Below are positions 42,916 to 58,974 of a DNA stretch of 64,000 nt, in pieces. Within the stretch, counting starts at the first letter, position 1; each line of letters starts with the position of its first letter. Both the position numbers and the translations under genes were made by a program. Origin of the DNA: the human T2T-CHM13v2.0 reference genome, Homo sapiens; assembly GCF_009914755.1 (NCBI RefSeq), contig NC_060929.1; one strand, 5' to 3'. The notes under the pieces are model-generated. The model was not told where the DNA came from. It made no database searches and worked only from the letters and a program-made list of their open reading frames with translations.

Positions 42916-43321
42916 TGTTATGAATTGTGTCCCCATCCCCTAAAATTTATATATTGAAATCCTAATCCCCAGTACCTCGGAATGTTACCATATTTGGAGA
43001 TAGGGTCTTTTCGGGGATAATTAAGCTACAATAAGGTCATTAGATTGGGCGCTAATCCAATATGACTGGTGTTGTAAGAAGAGGAAATTTGGACACTGAC
43101 AGAGAGGGAAGACAGTGTAAAGATACGAGGGAAAAACGGTCATCTACGAGCCAAGGCGAGAGGCCCGGAACAGATTGTTCCCTCGTGGCCCTCAGAAAGA
43201 ATCAACCCTACAGGTACCTTATCTTGGACTTCTAACCTCCAGAACTGTGAGAAAATTAATTGCTGTTGTTTGATCTACTCAGTTTGTGACTTTATTACGG
43301 CAGCCCTCGCAAACTAATACA
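42916..43321 (+). mobile_element. MLT1B-like solo LTR
   Basis: gaattgtgtcccc...tatttggagatagggtct...aatccaatatgactggtg...cctccagaactgtgaga...aaactaataca. Confidence 0.9.
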
Positions 43322-45078
43322 CCCACCAAAGGAAGAAGAGTGCAGGAAGTTTCAAGATGCCAAAAACACAGATTGTAAAACAGTAGGAAATGGGGAAGTT
43401 CATTAAGATGACACGTGGGAGCCAACAGGTTACATAAGAGTACAACTGTTATGCACTCCCCATAAAGGAAAGGATTAATTTTAGGTCCTGCTGAACCATG
43501 TAAAAGGTGTAAATTAAAAAAAATTATCTCTCTGACCCTAGGCATAAAGGAAAAAAAAATAAGAGAACTTGTAAATATAAAGTAGAAAAAGAAATCTGCC
43601 ATATTGAAAGTATATAAGGGCATTGAGTTAAAATAAGTAGTCCTAACATTTAAATATGTAAGACATTTTAAGATCTTTGAAGTTTCTCAGTGGCAAATCC
43701 TAGGATCTCCTTATAATGCTGAAAAAGTCTCACTAACTGACTTACTCTTTGGAAAATGATGGTAAAAATTGTAGATGATTGTAACACTGTGAAACCTAGG
43801 CTGACAAATCCATTTCAATTCGATTTATTGAATCATTGATAATAGATTTTTCCTAACATAATTTTTTAAAAAATGAAATACGTAGCAATTCCCTTATCAT
43901 TAACACTGATATAAATGACAACCTGGAACAAGTCATTGATTAATTCTGGCCCTCTGCTTCCTCATTTATAAAGTGGAAAATATATATATATAGGTTATAG
44001 CTACATAAATATCTGAGATATTCAGGTGGAACTTTTCATCTTCTTAGGTAAGAGTCATTAGAGGTGGCACAAGCAAGGGGCACACAACATATGAGTTTTA
44101 TTTTTGCTGTAGTCATTCTTATTGTATCATCCTGCTCACAAAAATAAAGAAATGTACCATCTAATGTTTCATACAAAAAAAATCATTTATCTGTCATTCA
44201 TGTTGTAGAGAAATTTGAATTCTCTTAATCATCCATTGTGATTTTGTCCTAAAGCATCAACCTTATCATTGGTTTTCTATCCATTAGCCAGAATATTAGG
44301 TTGATTATTATCCTCCAAGCACACTCTTTGCCAAGATCTACCATTGTTTTTCATTAGCCGAGGTTCTGGAGGGAAGGAGATAGAGCCTATATAGATGATG
44401 GATGGGGTTAAGAACCCAAGGACTAACAGGATTGTATAAGAAGCTACTGCTGGGTGATATATGCACATGTTGGAGTAATGCTCACTAAAAGTGAGGAGGC
44501 AGCATGAAGCAGTTGGCAGGACAACAGGCAGCCTAAATTACATCATTCATTTAACAGGTCTAACATATGGCAACTATTAAATCTCCAAAACAAATGCAAA
44601 GCTAACCAGCGCTCTCATAGAAAAGACACTTTCATTCTTGATTTTTCTAATAAAATGCTTCAGTCTAAGTTACTGCCAATTTCAAAACAATAATAACATA
44701 TATTTCTAAATCCAATAACAATATAGGACTTGCTAAAATACTAATAGCCATCTGATAATATATAAAATGTTAAATATTCTTGTTTTTATATCTTTCACAA
44801 TTTTTTTCAGGAGCTCTGTAGGAATAATTTAATGCTTTAAAGCAACAATTAGATTCTGTAATACATAAATCAGCTCATAATTATTTTCAGAATGAAGGAC
44901 CCACAAATGCATTATATTAAAGCTGGCCTTTGCTTAAAACAAGTGAAACACATCTTCAATTCTGTCATTTTCCAGTTAATCTCACTTGTGATGCAAAAAG
45001 CATAGGAGAAAACTCCAGTGATCTTTTAGGGAAACTAATTTTACTCTTGTTCTACACAGTCTTCAAATAATTACCCTA

Positions 45079-45203
45079 TACCCTGATGTGATTATTACAC
45101 ATTGTATGCCTGTACCAAAATACATCATGTACCCCAGAAATATATACACCTACTATGTACCTATAAAAATTAAAAATTAAAAAATTAAATTATTTTTAAA
45201 AAT
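45079..45203 (+). mobile_element. Ultra-short L1MA (about MA3) 3' end
   Basis: taccctgatgtgattattacacattgtatgcctg. TSD aataattacccta at 45066-45078 and 45204-45216. Confidence 0.9.
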
Positions 45204-45700
45204 AATAATTACCCTAAGCAGGAAACAAGAGAGACAATAAAAGAGAGCAAGGCACAACACACTCTTACTTCATGAATAATCGTTGGAAACTTCTTATTGT
45301 ACTTAGGTAAAACTCTTCATCTAAATAGTGTGTCTTCTGGTTAGCTACCCTCAAAAGTCTCAGGTCCTCTGTGAATACTCCAGAAGAGTGAAGGGCCTAG
45401 GACTACTGGACAAACAACTTTACACCAAGATTCAGACTCCCAGAAGTTAGTGCCTTCCTCACCGTCTACCTATTCTATGCTTTATCCTTGTCACTTCCAG
45501 GCTTGACCCAAGTGTTTTTCTCCCTAGTCCTTTGGATTTAATCCCATCCAGCTTAGCCCTTTGCCCTTTGATCTGACTTTTCCTTTCATCCTACCTCCCA
45601 TTTACCAATTGTCTAAAGCTTTACAATGTACTCTGTGGAATATCATTCTTCTGCCTAGAAATGTCCAACATTTTTAACTTTTTAAAGAATGTCATTTTTC

Positions 45701-45786
45701 AGGTGGAGTTTTGCAGCGAGCCGAGATCATGCCACTGCACTCCAGCCTGGGCAATAGAGCGAGACTCTGTCTCAAAAAAAAAAGAG
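45701..45786 (+). mobile_element. Alu right-arm 3' fragment
   Basis: Perfect 15-bp TSD agaatgtcatttttc at 45686-45700 and 45787-45801. Confidence 0.95.
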
Positions 45787-45799
45787 AGAATGTCATTTT

Positions 45800-46110
45800 T
45801 CTACCCAGTATCCATTCACCTTTTTCCAGATCACATTACCCCAGTTTTCCTCTGGGAAACTAACTTCTTCCTTATTCAGTTCAAGTGTTTATAATGGAGT
45901 TAACTTCACCTCTGTCTCCAGGGGCACACAAGCAACTAATGCAAGAACAATCAAAGAATTATATTCCAATTCCTTCCTCTGACTGGAAGGGGCCACATAG
46001 ATCACTCACTGTAAAGAATGAGTTGGTAAAGGCCCACATGAACTGAAGACCATGAGCCAAGTTGAACAAGGTAAAAGTCTGGAGATCTTAGTGTGGGAAA
46101 CTGTCTGCTG
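45800..46110 (+). mobile_element. MLT1K/J-like LTR, 5' part
   Basis: ctacccagtatccattcacc...ccccagttttcctctgggaaac...ctccaggggcac. Confidence 0.55.
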
Positions 46111-48444
46111 CTCTCCCTCACCCCCACCCTGGTGCATGGGAATATCTGAGAGGTCGTCTGTGGCCCCACTAGTGAGGCATTCCATAAAGCCATTTCTCTA
46201 GAATAGCATTCAGGTACCACGTCTCGGAGGGCTTCTCTGAGACCTACCAATAGCTCAGCGGGTTCTTCTCACCCTCCAGCCCAGGGGATCTTAACTCTAA
46301 TCTTAGGGGAAGCCCTGTTCTCTTCCTTCTGCTTCTTTAAATATCCTGTCCCTTCCCAAAATACTCTTAGTTATCTAAGGACCTAGGGTTTTGGAACACA
46401 ACTCTGGAGAGACTCTTTCTACACTGTCACTTCCCTTCCCCAAGGTGATGAGCTCAGAGCTGCCCATCTGCTCCAATTGGGAAAGAAAAGATGTGCCAAA
46501 GGAAGTAAAAAATAAATCCCAAATATGGTATTACATCATAATCTCCTGTGGAATTAAATATTTACATCCCTGCAAGGAAAACTTCCTTCACATCTTGGTG
46601 TTATCCTCACCCTCCCCAAATGACCCCTTCCAAACATACACACATTCCAGTTCCTGTTCTGAATCTGGGTCCGAATCCCAATAGGATGAGAACTGTTGTG
46701 CACAAAGCAGCCTGACTGCCAGAGTGATGTTTTCTCCAAGTTCCCCAAAGATGAGATAAGTAAGAAGAGACCTTCGGTGCATTCTTCCCCTGGTAATGCT
46801 CCTTATCTGAGATTACCCATGAAATTCACCCACTTCCCACCAATAGTGCCTTCACCATCCATCCCTCAAACTCACCCATCACTTCCACTGAACTGAGAGA
46901 AGACCTTGAGGGACCCAGTTTACTTGAGAAGTGAGAAGCTGTTGTGACCTAAATAAGGTGGCAGGTGTTGTAAGCAGGCTCCCCAACCTCAATCTCCACC
47001 AGAACTTCCTCATATCCAAAAGCTACAATGTCTCCAAACTTCAGAGATCTGCAGAATAAGCCGAAGTAGGGGTTTACTGAGCCCAGACCCTTAAAGGTGC
47101 AAATGACTCCACTCTCTGGTCTTTTTCATTTTCTGAGACACTTTCCTCCTGGATGAGGGTTTCCTATAAATAAAAGTTGCCATGAAAATGTTTCTTTTTT
47201 CCTACAAACTAAACAAAATACGGGTGTGCTTGTGCTTCACTGGAGTCTTAGAAATGTCCACCTTCCCATGCAGAGCAGTGCTCTCCTGAAGCTTGTTAAG
47301 TAGTCCCATCTCCTTTCCCAAGAGAGTGTCTGACTGCATCCCAGGCCACCACGTCAATCCACAGCACATTAAGGGGACACCCATCTGTCAGGGCACCAGG
47401 ATCCTTCTACCTTAGAAGCTGCCTTACAAGCAGGGCATCCCAAAAGACCTGCTGTGATAAGTGCCCAGCTGTGCCATCTGGCAGGCCCTGAGCCACTGCT
47501 GCTGGAACCACTCTTCCCTCTTCGAAGTCCATTCTAAATTCAGAGTCTAAGAAAAATGCCTTAAAAAGAATATCTCGTGCACCTTCCTTTTTAACTACTT
47601 TCCTAGCGTGCATAGAACTCAAATCCAACCATAGACTTTATTCAGGTTACATTTGTCCTCTCCTCCTTCTGTCCACCCTCCTCAGGTTGCCTGAAAACCT
47701 TAAGGCATTTTTGTAGAGCTCTTTTCAACTTGGCCACATTACAACCCACTGGTTTTACTGAAATCACAGAAGCCTTCTGAGCACATACTTTGTCTCTGCA
47801 CAGGACCATGGCTATTGCCCTGCCAATGACCTGGCCCTAATTCTAGAGTATGTCAGTAATGCTAATTCAGAAACGTGCTACATAAGGAATCCCAGCAATT
47901 TCAGAAAGGTCTCCATTATATCAAATACAAGTCTCAGCCCACACAGCAGGTGTGCCATGTAATATTACTTTTCTATAGCAATGTAATATTACTTTTCTAT
48001 AATTCAGCCTAGCTTTTATTTCAAGCTCCATTTTGCTAAAAAGGCAGAAAATTTAATCTGTTGGCTTGGTGTTCTTCCTTTCTCACTCTCTCTTTCCTTG
48101 GTTGTGTCTAAGTCCCCAAGGATTTGACAGTGTTATACTGTTGGTCACCTACTAAAGCATCTGTGGCCTATCTGGTCCTCTCTCACCACAGAGACACTCA
48201 CTTCTGTCTGTGGGGTCCTTGTGAGTCCAGCAACTCTCTCCAGTGCTCTGAGTCTTGCTCGAGGGACCCAGAAACTTCTGTCAGGACATCAGTGGCTGGC
48301 CTGCTAACATGCACTGCCTATCAGTTCCTGTTCTGAATCTGGATCTTTCCCCGTGGCTTCTCCTAGAAAGTGGATCATAGGGCCCTACTCTCTCATGCCC
48401 CACAGACCTGAGACTGCACATTCTCTCAAACATTTCAAATTAAG

Positions 48445-48767
48445 TCTCAGAAACACTGGTCATTCTCTACTGAGTGCTTGGCCTGGAAGACTGTGTAGGG
48501 TGGCCATTTTCCACCCATGCATGGAGAAGCAAAGAAAGCTTGTGTGAAAAGAGAAAAAGAATAAAGTGGGTTCTCCTATATAGTATTTTGGGAAGGGACA
48601 GGGCAGAGGAATAAAGAAAAAGAGCCAGAAAATTGCTATCTTAGACCCTAATGATTTTCCTGGTCATGGACCCAGTCTCTTGGAAAGCTAGATGAATATT
48701 CGCTTTCTGATTCTGTGATATACTCCTGCATCTTTCCAATAAATTTTAATTTGAGTAGGTACCTGTT
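48445..48767 (+). mobile_element. MLT1K/J-like LTR, 3' part (terminus truncated)
   Basis: ggtggccattttccacccatgcatggagaagc...tggacccagtctcttggaaagctaga...ccaataaatttt. Confidence 0.5.
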
Positions 48768-49454
48768 AAAATGGATTTACAGCTTACTTATAGGTTTGGT
48801 TTTAAAGTCTGTAAGTGAAAAAAATCACATACAGTAAAGATTATCCTTAAAATACTTTACAGTGCTTAAAAAGTATAATGTCTGTAAAAATGGAAAAGAC
48901 CAGAGAATGGAGTCATTTGCACCTTTAAGGGTCTGGGCTCAGTAAACCCCCACTTTGGCTCATTCTGCAGATCTCTGAAGTTCAGAGACATTTTAACAGA
49001 CATTATACTTTTTTACAACTCTGCAAGATGAGTTTATTGGTTCTCCTAATTTATCATTTGTGAAAGTTTTACCATTGAATCCAATTAATACTTCACTTTC
49101 ATCAAGAATGTAGGTGAATATCTCATCAGTAACTCACCTGGTCACCTGAGCAGTACATTTCTCTGTTTTCAGTGATAAAATGATTTTAAAATAAAATCAT
49201 TTATACACGAATTTCCATGGTTCTTGACAAACGTGTCTTGACTATTGACTATTTCAATCCCCAGCATTATTCAAATTTTCTTACTCTTGCCTCCACTTTT
49301 TCTCTAGTTCTCTCCCTAACTGGGGCTTTCTCTCACTTTTCATTTGGGGAAACTTTGAAGTTTGGAAAGTTAATGATGCATGTGATGAAATCATATTGTA
49401 CTTGCAAACAAGAAATCCCAAATTAAAATAATAAAGTTAAATTAATGCAGACTA

Positions 49455-49900
49455 ACTCAAAAATTTAGACCTGGAAAGGATATCGTCTACTCTAGGGCAA
49501 CTTCCACATTTTTGCAATGAGGAAATGAAGGCCTAGAGAGACGATCTCTTCATAGTAACTTCAAAAGTACCATTGTGATTAAGAACATCAACTCTAGAAT
49601 CAGCTACCAGGATTAAATCATTACTCCACTACTTAGTAGTTATGTGCCCTTGGGCAAGCTTCTTAATCTCTCTGGCTTCAGTCTCCTCCTTTGTAAAATG
49701 AGTATGGTTATTTATAATAGCATCTCCCTCACAGAGTTTTTGGAACCATACATGAGAGTATAAGTGCAGGGCTTTGGGCAGCAGCTGGCACATAGTGAAT
49801 ATTCAATATATGTTATCTATTAGTTTTTATTTGTGCCAGTTAGTAGCAGAGCTGGAACAAAAATTGAGTTTTCCAAATTTCTGGCTGGTACTCTCCCCTG
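49455..49900. mobile_element. MIR (+, about 49570-49825) nested in a MIR (-)
   Basis: ccttgggcaagcttcttaatctctctggcttcagtctcctcctttgtaaaatg, flanked by atgaggaaatgaaggcctagagag and ttagtagcagagctggaac. Confidence 0.7.
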
Positions 49901-50567
49901 TGCCAGGATCCCTGTCAAGCCCATGGTGAAAGGAGAATAATGAAAACAGGAGCTTATAATGTAGGGAAACCAAGAACCATGTCAAATAAGCCATCAGCAC
50001 AGTGCCTGGCCAATAGTCAGCAGCCAATATATGTTTACTGGATGAGTCCAGAGGTGGCCACAAAGTAGAAACTCACATGCACGGAATTTCAGTGACAATC
50101 ACTGGTTAAGTTCAGAGGGTCCTTGCTAAAAGAGGGATTTACTTAAGAAAATATTCAGAATATATTTCTAGGTATTCCACAAATTTGATACAAATGTTGT
50201 TAAATATATATATATATAAATATGTATACAGGTGTGCACACATGTATGTTAAAGATATGTATACAGAACACATGAATAAAATAATATGGAAGCTTTTTGC
50301 ATCAAAATGTTAGCACTAAAAAGTAAAAAATAAAAATAAAAATAAAAATAAATGTTAACAATAAGATGTATAATCTGAGGTAGCTCTTGTGTTCTTTTGG
50401 GTTTTTCATCCTTTTTAAGTCTCCTGCAGAGAGCATGAATTAATTTTTTAATTAAAAGAAACAAATAAATGATTTTATTTAAAGGTACCTAGACCTAATT
50501 TTAAGACAAGTTGAATACAAGTGGAATTGTTAATATTTATCATCAATAGTTCTTTATAATTCCCCAG

Positions 50568-53423
<2,856 letters not shown>

Positions 53424-53853
53424 TCAAAATCATGAAAGTGATTACATTTAGCTTCTGTTACAGTCACTAATTGTTCAACTTCTGCTCACATGACAACTGG
53501 TGGAAGTGATGCTCAGTTGGTTGGACCTAAATGACCTATAAGTGCAACAGGTGCTATTTATTAAAGGAAAGAAAAGGTTTTCCAAAAATCTCAGGTAGAC
53601 CACACCCTGGGTTCAGCAAAGTCACATTTGGCTTGGAAGCTACATGTAATATACTCCTAAATGAATGAATAAATAAATGTACACATTACCAATAAGAGTA
53701 AGAGGTGACATCATGAAATATGTGGCATCACATCAAAAGGTATTGCAAACAAAACATTTAATCCATCAGTGGTTTGTTTTTCAAAACCTCCTTCTTCTCC
53801 CTTTCCTCATTCTAATTAATTGAAGTGATTGGATGTAACTATAGAGTAGTGGA

Positions 53854-54372
53854 TGTGGTGGGCAGCCTCTAAAATGACATTCAGTGATTCCCACCTCCTC
53901 ATCTTCATGCTCTTTTATAATTCCCTCCCCTTGAGTGTGGGTTGAACTAGTGACACAAGTGTAATAAATATAACATGGCAAAAGTGATAGAATGTCACTT
54001 CTAAGGTACGGTTACAAAAAGACTGTGGTTTCCATCTTGGGCACCCTCTTTCACTCACTCACTCTGAGGGAAGCCAGTTGCCATTTTGTGAGCTGTTCTA
54101 TGCAGAAGTCTACATTGGAATGAATTGATGTCTCCATTCAACAGACAGTGAGGATCTGAGGGTTACCAGCAACCATGTGCATAAGCCTCAAATCAGATCC
54201 TCTTCAATTGAGGATCCTACTGACAACTAGATTTCAGCCTTGTGAGGGGCCAGAAGCACCCAGTTAAGCCACATCCAGATTCCTCATCCATTAAAACTAT
54301 GACATGATAATGTTTATTTTTTACATCACTAAGTTTTGGAGTAATTTGTTACACAGAAATAGATAACTAATA
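53854..54372 (+). mobile_element. MLT1F/E-like LTR
   Basis: tgtggtgggcagcctctaaaatg...ccccttgagtgtggg...gtaatttgttacacag...ataactaata. Confidence 0.85.
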
Positions 54373-55349
54373 GGCTAGGGAACAAAAAAATCTTAAGCCA
54401 ATACTATACAATGTAATTTTTTTAAAAAAAATAAGTGGCAAAAATGATAGAACAATTTGGGCAACAAGATAATGTTGGACTAGATTGTAATGCAGAATTA
54501 GATTATGGACTGCATCAATATTGATATAAATGTATCAATATTGACTAATATTGATACAAATAAATGATTAAAGAAAAGAAGTGTAGAAAGAAGGAAGAGA
54601 GAGGTGGGGAGGGAGGGAGGGAGATAGAGCGTAAGGGAGGGACGGAGGAAAAAAAGAAAGACACCTTTTTTTACAGACAAATTGTAAATAATATATGTGG
54701 ATATTTTCCCCACACACCCTCTCACGAAGGACATGTAGCTTAACCTCCTAGCTCCTACAGTATGTGCTGGGCTTAAAGACTGGCTTCCAAAGAATTGAGT
54801 ATGTAAAAGGAAAATACAGGTTGAGTATCCTTTATCTGAAATGCTTCGGAATCTGAAGCGTTTCAGATTTCAGATTTTTTCAAGATTTTAGAATATTTGC
54901 ATATACATAATGAGATATCTTGCAGATGGGACTTAAATCTAAACACAAATTCATTTGTGTTTTATGTGTACATTATAAACGTAGCGTGAAGGCAACTTTG
55001 TACAATATTTTTAGTATTTTCGTGCATGAAACAAAGTTTGTGTACATTGAACCATCAGAAAGCGAAGGTGTCACTACCTCAGCCATCCATGTAGACGATC
55101 TGTGGTTGTTTGGCATCATCACCCCTGACTCTAAATTTATATGCCACCAATAAGCAAACATTTTCTCACACTTATTCACATAGTACTTAACAGTAAAAAA
55201 ATGATATAACATTAATACAGCATAAAACATAATGAGTTCACAATAACTAAGCAGCACAGTAGCATCAACAGAATACCCGTATCCTCTGTTAAACAACAGC
55301 AACAACAAACATCGGCAGGCTTTCAATCTCCACCCATGATGCTGTGTTT

Positions 55350-57440
<2,091 letters not shown>

Positions 57441-58221
57441 ACAATATCTTCACACCACAGAGCATAGAATAAGCAAAAAAAACACAGTAAGGAATGCACA
57501 TAAATCTTGGCCTCACATAGGGCATTGGGGGGAACCTGCCAATGGCATGTCTGGCCTGCACATGTGCCATTTTATTACACTTCTTTTGTGTGCTTGCATG
57601 GAGGAAACTGGGCATGTACAGAAAATATATATTGCAGCTGAAGAGGGCTCAAGTCTCTTTCTTCCCTTTGGGATGCTGAATAAACTGTGTGTGATGTGAT
57701 TGCATTTTGACCGGGACCTAGCACATAAGGACAGATATGAAATTTTTCACTTGTGGCATCATATTGGCATTCAAAAATTTCAAATATTGAAGTGTTTTGA
57801 ATCTTGAATGTTTGGATTAGGGAAAGCTCAACCTATAGTCACTTTCCTGTAAGAAAAACTGGAAAACTCTACCTTATCTAAGTGGTCAAGATTAACATCA
57901 CCAGTGATAAGTCATGTGGATAGGTATACTATATTCTCTAATATGATGTGATGAGAAGGGCACTTCACCTCTGTGATACTCTCTCCCATAACCCACAGCC
58001 TCGTCTAATCATGAGCAAAACAGCAGACAAACCCATAGTGAGGGATATTCTTCAAAATACCTGACCAGTACTGCTTAAGACTATCAAGATCATGGAAAAC
58101 AAGGAAAGACTAGGAAACTATCACGGACCACAAGGAGACTGTGGAGACATGACAACTAAATGCAATGTACTACCCAGGATTGGATCCTAAAACAGAAAAG
58201 GGATATCAGTAGAAAAACTAG

Positions 58222-58444
58222 TCTTTTCCCTTTTCTCCCTGCATTTTCTCTTCAGTGTGTCTCTTATAAGGATACTTGTCATTGGATTTAAGGCCCACAG
58301 TGGACAACCCAAAATAATCTCATATTGAGATTCTTAACCTAATTACATTTACAAAGACCTTTTATTTTCAAATAAGGCCACATTCACAGACTCTGGGAGT
58401 TAGGATATGAACATATTTTGGGGGCCACAGTCCAGCCCACTACA
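58222..58444 (-). mobile_element. MLT1C-like LTR 5' fragment
   Basis: ctcttataaggatacttgtcattggatttaaggccc...ggggccacagtccagcccactaca. Confidence 0.75.
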
Positions 58445-58911
58445 GATGTTAACATTAGAAGGAAATTTGTAAAGCATATACAAGACCTTGCTATACACTC
58501 TGCAACTTTTCTGTACATCTGAAGTTTTTCCAAATTAAAAGGGATATTTTAAAAAATTAAAAATAAATACATATATGAGCAAAGTTCGCCTATGATATAA
58601 AAATTCAGAAACTCAAAGAGTAAAAGGAAGCCACCACAGATGGATATCTCTTTGTAGACAGCAAAATTGGAGGCAGCTGTTATCTATAAATTTGTAAAGA
58701 ATAATACTTAGTAACAATAATACTGTAGAAAATACCTGAATTATATTCTGGTTTTCTACACATGTCTAAGCCACTAAAGACGAAAAACTATCCTGACTTT
58801 TCAAATATCTTCAACTAAACTTGAAGATAAAGGATGTAAAATTGTTTTAATGTTTGGTTACTATTCTTCCTTTTTTAAATTGCAGATTTGGAAGGAAGTC
58901 AACTACTGCAA

Positions 58912-58914
<3 letters not shown>

Positions 58915-58970
<56 letters not shown>
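58915..58970. repeat. (TA)28 pure microsatellite
   Basis: 56 bp of uninterrupted TA. Confidence 0.97.

Positions 58971-58974
<4 letters not shown>

Noticed and set aside
47165-47175. TATAAATAAA as a promoter or poly(A) signal
   Set aside because: Such motifs are frequent in AT-rich DNA and there is no supporting context.
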